DNA of 64,000 nt from Mobula hypostoma (Eukaryota). How positions within the stretch are numbered: position 1 is the first letter of the stretch; each line of letters begins with the position of its first letter. The stretch lies in assembly GCF_963921235.1 (NCBI RefSeq), contig NC_086097.1, positions 112,284,001-112,348,000 of the forward strand, in the 5' to 3' direction. The notes under the pieces are model-generated. The model was not told the DNA's origin. It ran no database searches and saw only the letters and a list, made by a program, of their open reading frames with translations. Positions 37,263 to 51,402 of the stretch are shown one piece after another. A program made the translations under genes and the position numbers.

Positions 37263-38019
37263 TGAAGCTTGCTGACACTTGGAATGAATACTGTATGCTG
37301 AATAGACCTGTGGGCGGGATCATTACTGGTGTGTTGTCACCTTACATCAATTCAATGCTCTTCATGCTAACGTTTCACAGCTCTCTTTTGCTATTCATTA
37401 TCACCAGAAGCAAGGTGTAAGATGTAAAGAATGGTGTGCTCTCAATCATGCAACTTTACAGATATACGCGAGAGGCAGCCACTGGAAACTACCTGAGCAC
37501 ATCAAAGCCATTTTTAAAGCTGATATATGAATGGGTCCATGAGAACAGAGGCACAGGCATCACTGATATCTGAATGCCTGACTGTTTGCCCAGGGGAAGA
37601 CCTTGAAGAGATTGCTTCATTGGAAATGAAGGCAATGTAATAAGGACCTCTCATTCTGAACTTCAATCTCTGTAAAGAAATCTTCTTCCCAAGGCAAGGA
37701 GCTGGGGAAAATTCTATGGCATTGATTTTCTTTCTGATATTGGAATGGTAACATCAAGCCTTCTGATAAACATGTTTGTATTAGTGAGACTTATTCCACA
37801 TGAACATGAATGTTGAACATTTTGTATCCAAGCAATGCATTACTCTTTCTGACGGAAATCACCTTGTTTGGCAGAAACAGGTTTCATGGTCGGTGTCCTT
37901 GACTTGTTTCTCCATTCATCATAATTAACCTCCTGCAGCCTCATGTAATGGGAAACACCAGTGCCTTCCCCATCAATTGGCACCTGTCACAGAGCCGATC
38001 CTCCTTGTATCTTTTTGTT

Positions 38020-38240
38020 AAATATAATGAGATTTGGTTGCAGGAAGGCCAGGACTGGCAGCTCAATGTTCCAGGGATCTGTTGTTTTAGACGTGGTAGA
38101 GAGGGAGGGATTAAAAGGGGACAGGTAGCATTACTAGTCAGGAAAATTGTTACGGCAGTGCTCAGACAGGACAGGCTGGAGAGCTCATCTACTGAGGCTA
38201 TATGGGTAGAACGGAAAAATAAGAAATGGATGATCTTTTA
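38020..38240 (+). mobile_element. CR1 endonuclease fragment
   Basis: EIWLQEGQDWQLNVPGICCFRRGREGGIKRGQVALLVR...EAIWVE. Confidence 0.8.
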
Positions 38241-39594
38241 GCAATAGACTAATTGTACACCACTTGCACACACTATCCCTAAACAATTACTTTAAGCTTG
38301 ATTGAAAATGTGAACTAAAAGGAAATGTCATTTCAATATCTTTTTTTAGAGGTAGAGGGAAACATTTATTCCTCGTGACTGTAATAGATGCTATTCAATT
38401 CTTTATAACTTCTTGAAGATAGATTTCTTATAAAACTGCGGAAATATTGGTTGTCAAATGTGCCTCACTATATTTTGTATTATTATGGTGAGATGCGCAT
38501 ATGCAAATTAATGAAAACACATACAATACATATTTAAAGCGTAAAATATAACATAGAAATCTTTAGGATTCCAAATGAGCTAATGCAAAGTTAAAGTATC
38601 AGGAATTTAAAGTGCGATTCTATGTTCTGGTGATCTTTATCGGTCAAGAAATAAATTTGCTCCTAAATAGAGTCATCAAAAATATAGCATCTTATGCTGT
38701 CTTTTGCTGGTCTGTAAGAATCATAATTATCAATGCTAGGCCAACTGGGTGCTTTTATTTTAAATAGGCATCATAACAGATTCCTCCATTACAATCCACA
38801 GTAAATCCTATCCCACTCATCAGAGATCCTGACACTGTGGTACTACAGGTGTGGTTAAATAGTATCAGGGCAAATAGCTCGACATTTAATTCACCAACTG
38901 TGGCAACGAAATCTTATCTTGATCATCACCTACTATCATTTCTCAGATGATGAAACAGGAATCTTCCAATTTAAATAGCACTTAATTTGAAGTCATTGGA
39001 CATGAAAGAAACAAGACTCAACTTGTTGGAATCATACCCTGCACAAAGGAAAGACATTGCGACCATTAAAGTCAGTTACCCCAGCCCCAGGACATTAATG
39101 TAGAAGTTTTCAGGGCAATTGCTTCACTGATGACCTTTCCATCTGAAGTTCAGAAGTTCACTGATGATTGCACAATGTTTGATTTCAATCATAAATTGTT
39201 AGCAAATACAACAAGATCTAAACAACATTCAGGCCTAATCTGATAAGGGATAGTAACCTTTCCACCACACAAGTGCCAGACAATCATAGTCTAACTACCA
39301 ACCCATGATGTGCTATGGCATTACCATTATAAATTCCCCTTTCATCAACAACTGGATCAGCCTCATAAATACTGTCATCATGAGATGATCAGTGGGTGGG
39401 TATTTTGTGGTAAGTGACTCAACTTGTGTCATGTCAGTGTCTTTGCTCACAGTCATACAGCATTCTAATTTAATTACAATGCTCCTGTTGGATCTAAATC
39501 CTGAAACTCATTACCCAACATAACTGCTGCAGTGTTGCCATCAAAAGTATGAAAGCAGTTTTAAGACAATACCTCAGTAGGTTCTTTTCAAGAA

Positions 39595-40440
39595 TGTTTA
39601 ATCTGTCCTGGGACCAGAACAAAATTGCAATCACAACAAGGGCTGGCAGCTTCTCTACTTTCTTAGAAGTTTGCGCAGATTTAGCAAGTCACCTAAAACT
39701 TTGACAAACTTTTATAGATGCACAGTATTCTAATTGGCCACATCATGACTTGGTATGGAAACACCAATACAGAATGGAACTGAAAAGTCTACAGAAGTCC
39801 CTCCCCACCATTAAACACATTTGCATGGAGGGCCGCCACAAGAAAGCAGCATCCATCATCGAGGACCTCCACCACCTAGCTCATGCTCTCTTCTCACTAG
39901 TACTGCCAATCTTCAGCCCATCTTTACAGCTGGTCCAGATCCTGCTGCAAGCTTTGATAATCTTCCTCTCTACCCATTATACCCCAAACTTGGAGTCATC
40001 TGAAAATCTGCTTACTTAGTTAACGACATTATCATCCAGATGTTGATATACGTAGCAAACTACAATGGATCCAGCACCAATCACTGTGGCACACCACTAG
40101 TCACAGGCCTCCAGTCAGAGAGGCAACCCTCTACCACTACTCCCTGACTTCTCCCACAAAGCTAATGTCTAATCCAACTTACCTCACCTTGAATGCCAAG
40201 TGACCGAACCTTCTTTACCAACCTTCCATTCAGGACTTTGTCAAAGGCTACATGAAACAATACAAAAACTACACTGAACTACGTAAAACAACACAAAAAC
40301 TACACTAGACTATAGACCTACCCAGGACTGCATAAAGTACACAGAACAGTGCAGGCATTACAATAAATAATAAACAAGACAATAGGCACAGCGGAGGGCA
40401 GTAGGTTGGTTGTCTGATGGCTTGGGGAAAAGTTGTTACA
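39595..40440. mobile_element. Cluster: Rex1-type fragment (+, ~39595-39905), CR1 RT fragment (-, ~39905-40250), Rex1-type 3' end (-, ~40250-40440)
   Basis: LTNFYRCT...WYGN; reverse complement of the GVPQ...LDP and KFSDDSKFG region. Confidence 0.65.
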
Positions 40441-40454
40441 TAAACAGCTGACTG

Positions 40455-43400
40455 GCATGTGGGTGCTTTAGATTTTCACGAGTGAAGGCATTGGCATTGG
40501 ATAGCGTGACTTGTGCAAAGTTCCTTACTAGCCAAGTAGGTCAGTCTTCCTGTAATGTAACTACCAGGCAATATCTTATAAAAGTTGTGCCAAAGTGTAC
40601 CTTTTGTCTAACTTTATTGTATCATGACTGATTGTGAATGTGACAGCGTAATGTGAATGTTTAGTCGCTGTTTGGAAGTTCAGCACGTGTGTACTAAAAA
40701 GTAGTAGACGTCTTAGATGAGATGTGTTCACTTCCATTTTTGCTGCTATGTATAAGGTACAGGGTTGGTGGGATTCTAATGTTGTTTGTATTGTGTTCCT
40801 TCAGAATTGCCACTACCGTATTAGTTCTGTATTAGTTTGTGCAGTTTGCTTTATGCAAGGGGATAGGCACAGATCCCAAGAAGGTCTCAGCTGTTCAGCA
40901 GTGGCCAGTACCATCTACAGTTAAGGACTTAAGATTGTTTCTTGACTTTTGCAGTTATTATCGACGATTCATTCAGGGATTCTCAAAGATTGCAGGTCCA
41001 CTGCATGATGTAGTGAATTTATGTACCAATGTAGGGACTCCAAGTAAAACAAACCAGCTGTTGAAACAGCCTTGGACAGAAGAATGTCAAACTGCCTTTG
41101 ACTTGCTCAAAAAGAAAGTGACCAGTTCCTCCATCCTTGGATTTGCCGATTTCTCCCAGCCCTTTATAGTGGAGACCGTTGCCAGCAATCATGGGCTAGC
41201 AGCTGTGTTAAACCAACAGCAGGGAGAGGCAAAGAGGGTATTGCATATGCAAGCCGGTGATTAAGGAATGCCGAAAAGAATGATAGAAATTATAGCAGCA
41301 TGAAATTGGAGCTGCTGGCACTTGTGGGCTGTAGTAGAGAAGTTTCGTGGATACTTGTTGGGTTCCAAATTCACTGTAATCACTGACAATAACCACCTAT
41401 CCCACTTGAAAACTACCAAGTTGGGAGCAGTGGAGCAGAGATGGATCTCACAGCTGTCAGTGTTTGACTTCAATGTCCAGTATCATCCGGGTCGGAGCAA
41501 TACCGTTGCTGATGCATTCTCTAGGGAGCCATTTGCAGGGGAACTTGAGCTGTCTCAGAGGATGCGGAGTTTGATGGGTCTGTGGCAATCTGTAGTTTGA
41601 TCAATCGCGGCACTGCTCTTGACCTGACACTAGTTACCGCTGGTCTTAACAGCTGTAGGGTTAGGCAAATTCAAGCCTGGGAAGCTGGTACTAGTGATGT
41701 AAGTGGTCCGACGCAAGGGAACCCTTCATCCCTCCCAGGTTATTCTAATAGAGACTTGCATACTTTTCAGCAGCAAGACCCTGTGTTAAGTGTCCTAAGA
41801 AACTAATGGGATCAGAAAAGACAGCTGAGTGGCCAGGAGTGTAAAACTCTGCCTAAATCTGTTTTAACATAGAAACATAGAAAATAGGTGCAAGAGTAGG
41901 CCATTCGGCCCTTCGAGCCTGCACCGCCATTTATTATAATCATGGCTGATCATCCAACTCAGAACCCCACCCCAGCCTTCCCTCCATACCCCCTGACCCC
42001 TGTAGCCACATTTGTTTCTGTTAAAGCACTGAGACAGTATCAGGGAGCGTAAGGGGTTACTGTATAGGGTGGTTGAGGACGAGAAGCTTGGGGAGTGTTA
42101 CCAGCTTCTGGTATCTATCAGCTTGAGGAGCAAAGTGTTAGAGTATGTACATGACTCTGTGGGCCATCAAAGCATAGAATGTACTCTGGAGTTGTTGAGA
42201 AGCTGATGTTTTTGGGTGGGCATACACGAGGATGTGGCACGGTGGATCAAAAATTGCCCATGTAGTGCGCTAAGATGCCGCAACCTAGGATCTGTCCCCC
42301 CATGAAGTCATTTCTGGCTTCTAGGCCGTTTGAAGTTGTAGCTGTAGATTTCACTGTGTTGGAGCCGGCAAGTGATGGGCGTCAGACTGTCTTAGTGGTC
42401 ACAGATGTTTTCACTAAATTTACCCAAGCATTTCCGACTCGGGATCAAAATGCAGATACCACAGCAAAGGTGCTCTTGAGGGAATGAGTTCATGAAGTAC
42501 GGTGTTCATGAGAGATTGCATTCTGACCAGGGCCGTAACTTCGAAAGTGAGATCATAGCTGAGCTTTGCAAACTATACAGGGTAAAGAAGAGCTGTTCTA
42601 CACCTCATCATCCTACTGACAACGCGCAGTGCGAGCGTTTCAAGAGGATGATGCATGATTTGTTGCATATGTTGCCTCCAGAAAAGAAGCACAGATGGCC
42701 AGAACATCTACCCGAGTTGGTGTATTGCATATAATGCGACACCTCACGCCACCATTGGGTATTCACCTTACTATCTGTTGTTTGGGGTGGATCCCTACTT
42801 GCCCGTGGATGCTCTGCTGGGGCAAGAACAGACTGTGGACTGGAAACATGACTGGCTAGCTGTACACCAGAGCTGACTGAGGGATATGCATGCCAGAGCA
42901 AAAGAATACTCTGAACAGAAGGCGGAAGAACGCATTGCCTGACAGGAGGACAAAGTTTACTGTCCCAAAGTTGATGTGGATGCACTGGTTTACTTGAGGA
43001 ACAGACCATTAGGCCGCAATAAGATCCAGGATGCTTGGAACTCAACTGTCTACAGGGTGGTAGAGATACTGGGCAACACCTACACGGTGGAACCTTGGGA
43101 GGGTGGGCCTAGCAAGAGGGTGAACAGGGTAGACATCAGGCCCTGTGAGAACCATCCCAATCCAGCTACCCAAAGGAGACTGCAAACTCCAGTAACCCCT
43201 GGGGCATGAATCAGATTCTGAGGATTCAGAAAATGGTGTGATATTGGTAGAAGGTAGGTCAGAACAAGGTGTACAGAATCTTGACCCTAGCCTAAACAGC
43301 ATATCTTCCAAAAATACGACACCTTCTGGAACTGAGACTGGGGAGCCGACGACTACTAATGCAGGGGCGGAGGTCAGTAGCCCTCTTGTGGCAGCACCCT

Positions 43401-44507
43401 GCAGGAGTAAATGAGTAAATGCTGGACAGCACCCTAACTCCCATCGCGAACCAAGGTCAGTCCTTGATGAGGCCTCCCCAAGTCCAGCAGCAGTGTCTGA
43501 GATACTGACTAGTCTCAGTTCAGTTCTCTTTAGCGAAGCAGTTAAGGAGGTTAAAAGTACCCTTGTAGTGAGCCAGTAATCAAGGACGATTACTTGAATG
43601 CTGGGAAGAATGCAACTGGGTGGCCGTCGAATCTTATTCATTATTGTTGAAGTGTACTTAGGCATCCACCTGGGTAATACTAGAATAGTTGTCTGTGCCT
43701 TTAAGTGGAGACGGTGATGTCATTACGCATGAGTGGAATAGTGGGGAGACTATTTCTGTTTTCTGCAGATGAAGCTGGTGGAGTTTTGGGATTAAGTTCC
43801 TCCCAGAGATACTGGGTATGGTGAGGAAAGGTGAGTGTTAATCAACAATATCCATGTGAATTCATTTATGCTCATTGGCGAATCGAGAATATCGGTAATG
43901 TGACATGTTTTGCATGTGGGTGCTTTAGATTTTCACGAGTGAAGGCATCGGCGCTGGATAGCGTGACTTGTGCAAAGTTCCTTACCGGCCAAGTAGGTCA
44001 GTCTTCCTGTAATTTAACTACCAGGCAATATCTTGCAAAAGTTGTGCCAAAGTGCATCTTCTGTCTACCTTTATTGTATCATGACTGATCGTGAATGTGA
44101 CAGCGTAACGTGAATGTTTAGTCTCTGTTTGGAAGTTCAGCACATGTGTACTAAAAAGTAGTAGACGTCTTAGATAAGATGTATTCCCTTACATTTTTGC
44201 TGCTATGTATAAAGTACAGGGTTGATGGGATTCTAATGTTGTTTGTATTGTGTTCCTTCAGAATTGCCACTACCATATTAGTTCTGTGGGGTTTGCTTTA
44301 TGCATTTTTATACTGCATATGCAATTCATCGATACACAAGGGCGTGGATTGACAGTTAAACTGAGATTGTAATGGCAGGAACTGGTTGTAAGTTCGTTTG
44401 TTTTGTTTTGAGACCCTCTTCTGGCACTAAAACATTTAAAACAGATAAAGGAATTAAAACCTGAAAAAGTATTTGTTGTCCTGAGTGTGTACTTTTCCCC
44501 AGCTACA
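40455..44507 (+). mobile_element. Gypsy LTR retrotransposon, rearranged: partial 5' LTR, RT end, RNase H, integrase, full 3' LTR (43611-44507)
   Basis: 40455-~40855 repeats 43913-~44303; TDPKKV...YYRRFIQGFSKIAGPL, VITDNNHL, VAVDF...[19 protein letters not shown]; 3' LTR TGCAACTGGG...CCCAGCTACA after a purine tract. Confidence 0.9.
41867..42010 (-). mobile_element. Short CR1 3' end inserted in Gypsy pol
   Basis: aacatagaaacatagaaaataggtgcaagagtaggccattcggccc, the same tail family as at 20290. Confidence 0.85.
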
Positions 44508-45649
44508 AAAGATGTTTTAAATATCTGTTAGGACCCCTGCAATTTCTGCACTAAACTGCCACAGGGTCTGAGGGAGCACATTGTCAGGCCCTGATGGTGT
44601 TACCTGTTTCCTGATCACCTCCTGACAGAGGTCAGAAGTGGTTCTCTGAGCACATGGCAGCTGCTGGGTGTGAATGACAACACTGAATAGTAGGTGAAGC
44701 TTTTTTGGATGTTGCTCCTTTGAAGCTTCATAGATGAAGCCTGATAGCACTAGAGCACAACTTAATGGAGTGTTGTGACCTCTTTCTGTATTTAAAAGGC
44801 TCAATCATATCTATACTGAATGAGATTTGAAATAGCCATCATCTTTCAGGTAAATGCCTAATTTTTTCCAGTCACACACCCAATTGCCAATGTCTTCTGG
44901 TCCCAACCCAGTCACTTCACCAAATACAACCATTCTCATGAACCATCTACCTGCCTCAACTGCCTTCTCAGTAGGGCACAGTCCTTTTCCACCCTTCATC
45001 CTCAACCAACTATTCATCTCTCCTGGTATGTCCTTCTGTATCCACCTGCAGGATTTCTCTTGTAGCTTCCTTCCTTAGCAATCTGCTTGCAACCACAATT
45101 GCTCAGCCCCAGGTACAATCCAGTATACAATTCACTTTCACTGCTATTTTCACCATTCACGATAGGTGTGGTTTGGTGGGGGCAGGGTAGAAGGATTTGG
45201 AGAAAAGACCTTTAATAAGTTTCCTGCTGCAATAGCTACTCTTTACTTGTGCAAGGCTGAATCTCACCATTTGCACAATGCAGGAAAACGCTATTAACAG
45301 TTAAAACCATTATAGTTTCTAAGCAATTGTTCCATATCATTCGAGGACTGAGTCTTAATGTGTGTTATCTTTTAGTTTTCAATCATAGTTGAGAGAAAAT
45401 ATGTACATCCAACACACTGTGTAACTTAACAACTTGCAAACATGCTCCATGCTGAGAAGTTCAGGTATTAATCTCTAATTGATTGTTTAAAATAGATAAT
45501 CCCTCATGGAAATGAGATGTTAATTCCAAGAGTATGGTTACAATTTTACATTTTTCCTATATTTACAACCAGTCTTTTCATTTTTCCAGAGACACAAGTG
45601 AGTATACAGATGTTGGAAATCCTGAGGAACACACACAAAATACTGGAGG

Positions 45650-47625
45650 ATCTCTCTGTACAAATCCCAACCTTACCATCAAAAACCACAAAAAAAGGTG
45701 GTGATATTGTAATCTAACGGACTGACCACTACTTTGCTGAGGTCAGACAGCAGCTTACTGGCACCTGCTCTTACTTGCCCCCTAAATAGAAGCATCAAGA
45801 CAGTATCATCCACATCATCACCAATCATTCACTCTTGAGATCCCCCATCTACTGCTACGAACCCCATAGTTCCCTGTACTGTTCATTTTTACCTCCTACT
45901 CAAGATCCACAAACATAACTATCCAGGTAGGCCCATTTTTTCTGCCTGCTACTGCCCCACTGAGCTCGTGTCCCCTTCGGTTCAGTTCCTTCCTACCTAC
46001 ATTGGTGACATTTCACTTGCTCTCCATCACTTCAATCAATTTCAGTTTCCTGACACATATCGCCTTATTTTCGCTATGCATGAAAAGTCCCTGTACACTT
46101 CCAACCCCCATCAATATGGCTTCTTTCTTCTTTATAGACAGCAGATCTAAACAGTTCCCCTCCATTACCACCCTCCTCTAACTTGTGGAACTGGTTCTCA
46201 CCTTCAACAATTTCTCTTTTTTCTTCTCCCATTTTCTCTAAACCAGAAATGTAGCCATGAAAACTCACATGGGCCCCAGTTATGCCTGCTTTTCATTGGG
46301 CGTCATGCACCAATACTAAGCTTATCAATTTCATCAACCTTGCTACAACATCTACCCTACCCTCAAATTTACTTGCTTCATTTCTGGCATCTTTCTCTCC
46401 TTTTTTGATCTCTCTGTATCCAGACGCAAACTGCCAACTGACATCTTTTATAAACTCACTGACTCTCACAGTTACCTTAACTATTCCTCTTTCTACCTTG
46501 TCACTTTAATAATGCTTTAAGTTCCTCCATCTCCATCTCATCTGATTGCAGAAAGAGGCTTTCCATTCTAGAACATCCAGCAAGTTGTCCTCTTTCAAGT
46601 ACAACTTTTCCCTACCATCACCATTAATGCTGTCCTCACCTACATCTCCTCCAATTCCTCCATGTCTATACTCACCTCATTCCCCACCATCATAATAGGA
46701 ATAGTATTCCCCATGTACTTACCTACCACCCTACAAGCCTCTATATCCAGCACATCATCCTCCAAATCATCGGCCATCTCAACGGGACCCTATCACGGGG
46801 CTTTCCCTTCTCCCCCACCCTGCTTTTTGTAGGAATTACTCTCTATGTGACTCGTTTGTCCACTCATCCCTCCCCAGTGATTTCCTTCCTGACACTTATC
46901 CTTAAAAGTGTGACACATGCTACGTCTGCTCCTACACCTCCTCCCTCACCACAATTCAAACTGTTCTTCCAGGTGAGGTAGCACCTTAACTGCAAGTCTG
47001 TTAGGACCATCTACAATATTCTTTGCTCCCTCTGCAACCTCCTCTATATTGGTGAGACCTGACGCTGATTGGGGGATTGCTTTATCAAGCACCTTCACTC
47101 TGTCTGTTGCAACAGTCAAGATCACCCAGTGTCCACCCGTTTCAATTGAACTTTCCATTGCCACACAGACCTGTCTGTCCAAGGCTTCCTCTACTGCTAC
47201 AATGAGGTTACACTCAGGCTGGAGGAGCAAAACCTTATATTCCATCTGGGTAGCCTCCAACCTTATGGCGTGAACATCTAACACGGCAATCACTCCCTCC
47301 TCTTTTCTTCCACTCTCCTTCTTATTTTCCATTCCCCATTTTGATTATCCTCTTATGACTTCTCTTCTCCTCCCCTACCCTCATGACCCGTCCATTTCCT
47401 CCCTCTTGTTCCCCTCCTCCCATCTCTTTATTCACGGTCTTCTATTCGATATTTTCTTCAGCCCTATCAGCTCCCAATTTCTCATTTTATCTCCATCACC
47501 TGGTTTCACTTATCACCTGCCAGCTTGTAAATCTGCTCTCCCCCTGTGTTTTAATCCTGCCTTCTGCCCCCTACCTTTCCAGTCCTGATGAAGGGTTTTG
47601 GCCCAAAACATCAACTGTTTAATTC
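45650..47625 (+). mobile_element. Decayed Penelope-like element (RT through GIY-YIG and hammerhead remnant)
   Basis: LLKIHK...PGRPI, VAM.THMGPSYA, YIGET..RLGDCF motifs; agtcCTGATGAagggttttggcccaaaacatcaact at 47581-47616. Confidence 0.8.
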
Positions 47626-47807
47626 CCATTTTACTTCTCCATCTGCCTTTGCTCTGCTCTGCTCTGCTGTTGATCTCTCCACGAATCATTTTGCTCATCA
47701 GACATCATCTGCTTCTCACTGTCTTGCCTTTTGCTGGGATTTGGGAAGGAAACCACCAGTGACTGATACTAAAGTTAGGACTATGAATGAACTTCAGCCA
47801 CTCATTA

Positions 47808-49373
47808 CAGGTTTCTCCCGCCATCCGAAGGTAGAGTGTTCCTATGAAACTGTTCGTAAGCCGGAATGTCGTAAAGAGAAGAAGCAATTACCATTTATTT
47901 ATATGGGAAAATTTTGTGAGCGTTCGCAGACCCAAAAATAACCGACCAAATCATGCCAAATAACACATAAAACCTAAAATAACAGTAACATATAGTAAAA
48001 GCAGGAATGATATGATAAATACACAGCCTATATAAAGTAGAAATACTTTTCCACAATCATTGCCGACATAGATCTCTGTAGCGAAAATCTCACGCAAGCG
48101 CCGTCGGCAGAAAATCTCACACAAGCGCTGTTGGCAAAAACACGGTGCAAGCGCTCTCCAGTAACCTTTAAACTATGAAGCTGCCAAATCATACTAAATA
48201 ACATGTAAAAATACACAGCCTTTATAAAGTAGAAATAATGTATGTACAGTGTAGTATCACTTACGGGAATCGGGAAGACAGTGAGCACACTGATAATGGT
48301 GTGTTAGACTGAGTCGTCAGAGTTTGGGTGGTGCAGTGGCCCCCCACCCTCCAGGCCGCTGAGCGATACATTGCCGTGAAGAACGCAGGGGTCCAGCAGT
48401 AGCCGGGAGGTACACAGCACATCTTTAAGAAAAAAGCTGAAACAAACATGCTAATTAATTAGGTACCGCCCGTAATTGTTGGCACAGATCAGTGCCGATT
48501 TCCGATTGCGTCGTCTCTGATCTGGGCCGACAATTACGTGTCGGCAGCACCTAATTAACTAGCATGTTTATTTCGGCTTTTTTTCTTAAAGATGTGCTGT
48601 GTGCCTCCCAGCCTACCTTTGCATTCTCCGCGAATCGGTATCTGTCCGTGGCCTGGGGGTTGGGGTGGTGGGACACTGGGGTGTCATCTTGTCGCCTGTT
48701 TCCATTAGGGCAGGCAGCTCATCTTCTTCTATCTCTGCCCACCTCGATGTCGAAGGTCGAGGTTCGTCGTCTGCTGTGGTTGATGTGGAAGGCTTGCTTG
48801 ACTGCTGAGCCTTGCGCATTTTTCTATCACATAGTTCTTTAATAAGGACTCAAACCATCCTGCAAATATCCCCTAAACCGACGTACCCTTTCAAAATTAA
48901 AGTCGTACTTTATCATTACTCATTCAGTTTCGATTGTTATCCTTTTTTCTTCTAATTGCTTCAGCTCTTCATCTGTCAGTTCTTGGTGATGGGATGCCAA
49001 AACCTCTTCAACATCATGTTCGTCAGCTTCCACAAGCCAAACTCACGTTGTCCTTACTTCGTTCACCATGATCAAAATGCTTAATTATGTCTAGTTTTAC
49101 CGTAAGTGTAACACCCTTACGAGCTCTCTCAGGCTTTTCCGATACCATAGAACTCATCTTGCAAATGGCTGCTCACAGGCACGTGTTAAAGCAAAGCAGT
49201 TCCGAATCCGGGGGAGAGCGGCTGCTCGGGGTGCGCTGTCTTTTATCGCACGCCGAATTTTTTTTTTCGTAACAGTGAAAACACCTTCTGAAAGCGAAAA
49301 TAGGGTACTAATGTAGGTCTTTTGTACCAGTGAGGTTTCGTAAAGCGAACGTTCGAAAAGCGGGGGACAACTG
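47808..49373 (-). mobile_element. pogo/Tigger-like non-autonomous DNA transposon (1566 bp)
   Basis: TA TSDs; TIRs CAGGTTTCTCCCGCCATCCGAA versus CAGTTGTCCCCCGCTTTTCGAA; minus-strand transposase C-terminal remnant (EADEHDVEEVLASHHQELTDEEL). Confidence 0.85.
48398..48617. repeat. Long imperfect inverted repeat (~95-100-bp arms, ~24-bp spacer)
   Basis: ...cacagcacatctttaagaaaaaagctgaaacaaacatgctaattaattagg...cagatcag / ctgatctg...cctaattaactagcatgtttatttcggctttttttcttaaagatgtgctgtg. Confidence 0.9.
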
Positions 49374-51402
49374 TATTTCTGCTCATCTGCTCCAGACCCA
49401 TCTATTCTGTCTCCCCTCATAACAGAAACACCTTACTTCAAGCAATATCCTGGCAATTCTCCTCTGCATTCTCTCCAGCACTTTCACATCCTTCCCATGC
49501 TCAACACAAAAAAAGCCAAAATAAGGTCACCATATGAAGATTTGTTCAAATCATTTTCATCCTGCTTCATCCTCTGCCAAATCTTCCACATAATCTTTTT
49601 ATTGCTTTATAATTTTTTAGAACTCCAAACTGAGGTGACAGCATGTGTGAAGCCACAGAAAAGGAAAAGCTTTTCTTTATACGTAGCTCTTTAAATGAAA
49701 CAATATAAATTCTGGACTAGTAGAAATTGTGAAGCACATTTACTTGTAAATAAAATCGTCTTGGCAGCAAATCTAAATGAATGGAATTGACACATCTTGA
49801 GCATTCAAACGGCACCATATAAAACCATCTCGCTACTAAGCAAAATATGAACAGCAAGTCTGCCTTTTGGATGAAGCTGTGACAGTCAAGCCAAATTAGT
49901 ATATTAAAAGAAGGAAATGAGAACCCTGTGGCTACGTTCGAGCACGCTTGTTGAAGCATGCAATTTTGGGATGTTTAAATTATGTTTGCCTTATTACTTC
50001 AGACATATTAAAATTTTACAAGATGCAAAGGTAGATAAGTTAAGATTTCTTTGTTAAAATGGGCAAGATTAAGGGATGTATTGATATGCCTTTAAAACAA
50101 CAAAAAGATAACATAGTGCAAAAAGAACCAGACCTGTGAATGAAAGAGTTTAGAATAAAATTTACACTGATTTTGAGAGCATGGCAGGAGAAACCTTCTA
50201 TACATACGGCATAAACTACATACGAGAGAGTTGTGATTAATAAGTCACGTCAATGCTTAGCAACGGTTCAAAAAAAAGTAAAAATACAGTAACAAGATAA
50301 ACTCAGGGTACAGAAACTACTGCTCAGAGCTCACCCCGTCAGGGACTAGTTGAAGCCAATGACCAATTTCTATTTCAGAATTTCAATGCAATTTTATGCA
50401 AATAAAATATATAATCTCAAAAATTTTGAGAAACTTGGATGCATAACATATGCTCTAAATAACACAGAAAATAGTATAACAGTTATTATGGTAAACATAG
50501 AAAAAAAACCTACAGCACAATACAGGCCCTTTGGCCCACAATGCTGTGCCGAACATGTACTTACTTTAGAAATTACCCAGGGTTACTCATAGCTCTTTAT
50601 TTTTCTGAGCTCCATTTACATGCCCAGGAGTTTCTTAAAGGACTTCCAACAACGTCGCCAGCAGCCCATTCCACGCAGTAACCACTCTCTGCGTAAGAAA
50701 AACTTACCCCTGACATCTCCTCTGTACCTACTTCCAAGCAGCTTAAAACTGTCCTCTCTTCTAAGTCATTTCAGCCTTTGGAAAAAGCCTCTGACTATCC
50801 ACATGATCAATGTCTCTCATTATCTTATACATCTCTATGAGGTCACATCTCATCCTCCGTCACTCCAAGGAGAAAAGGCCAAGTTCACTCAATCTATTCT
50901 CATAAGGCATGCTCCCCAATCCAAGCAACATCCTTGTAAATCTCCTCTGCAACCTTTCTATAGTTTCCACATCCTTCTTGTAGTGAGGTGACCAGAACTG
51001 AGCACAGTAGTCCAAGCGGGGTTTGACCAGGGTCCTATATAGCCGTAACATTACCCCTCGGCTCTTAAGCTCAAACCCACGGTTGATGAAGGCCAATGCA
51101 CCGTATGCCTTCTTAGCCGCAGAGTCAACATGCACAGCAGCTTTGAGTGTCCTATGGACTCGGACCTCAAGATCCCTCTGACCCTCCACACTGCCAAGAG
51201 TCTTACCATTAATACTATATTCTGCCATCATATTTGACCTACCAAAATTAACCACTTCACACTTATCTGGGTTGAACTCCATCTGCCACTTCTCAGCCCA
51301 GTTTTGCATCCTATCAATGCCCAGCTGTAACCTCTGACAGCCTTCCACACTATCCACAACACCCCCAACCTTTGAGTCATCAGCAAATTTACTAACTCAT
51401 CC

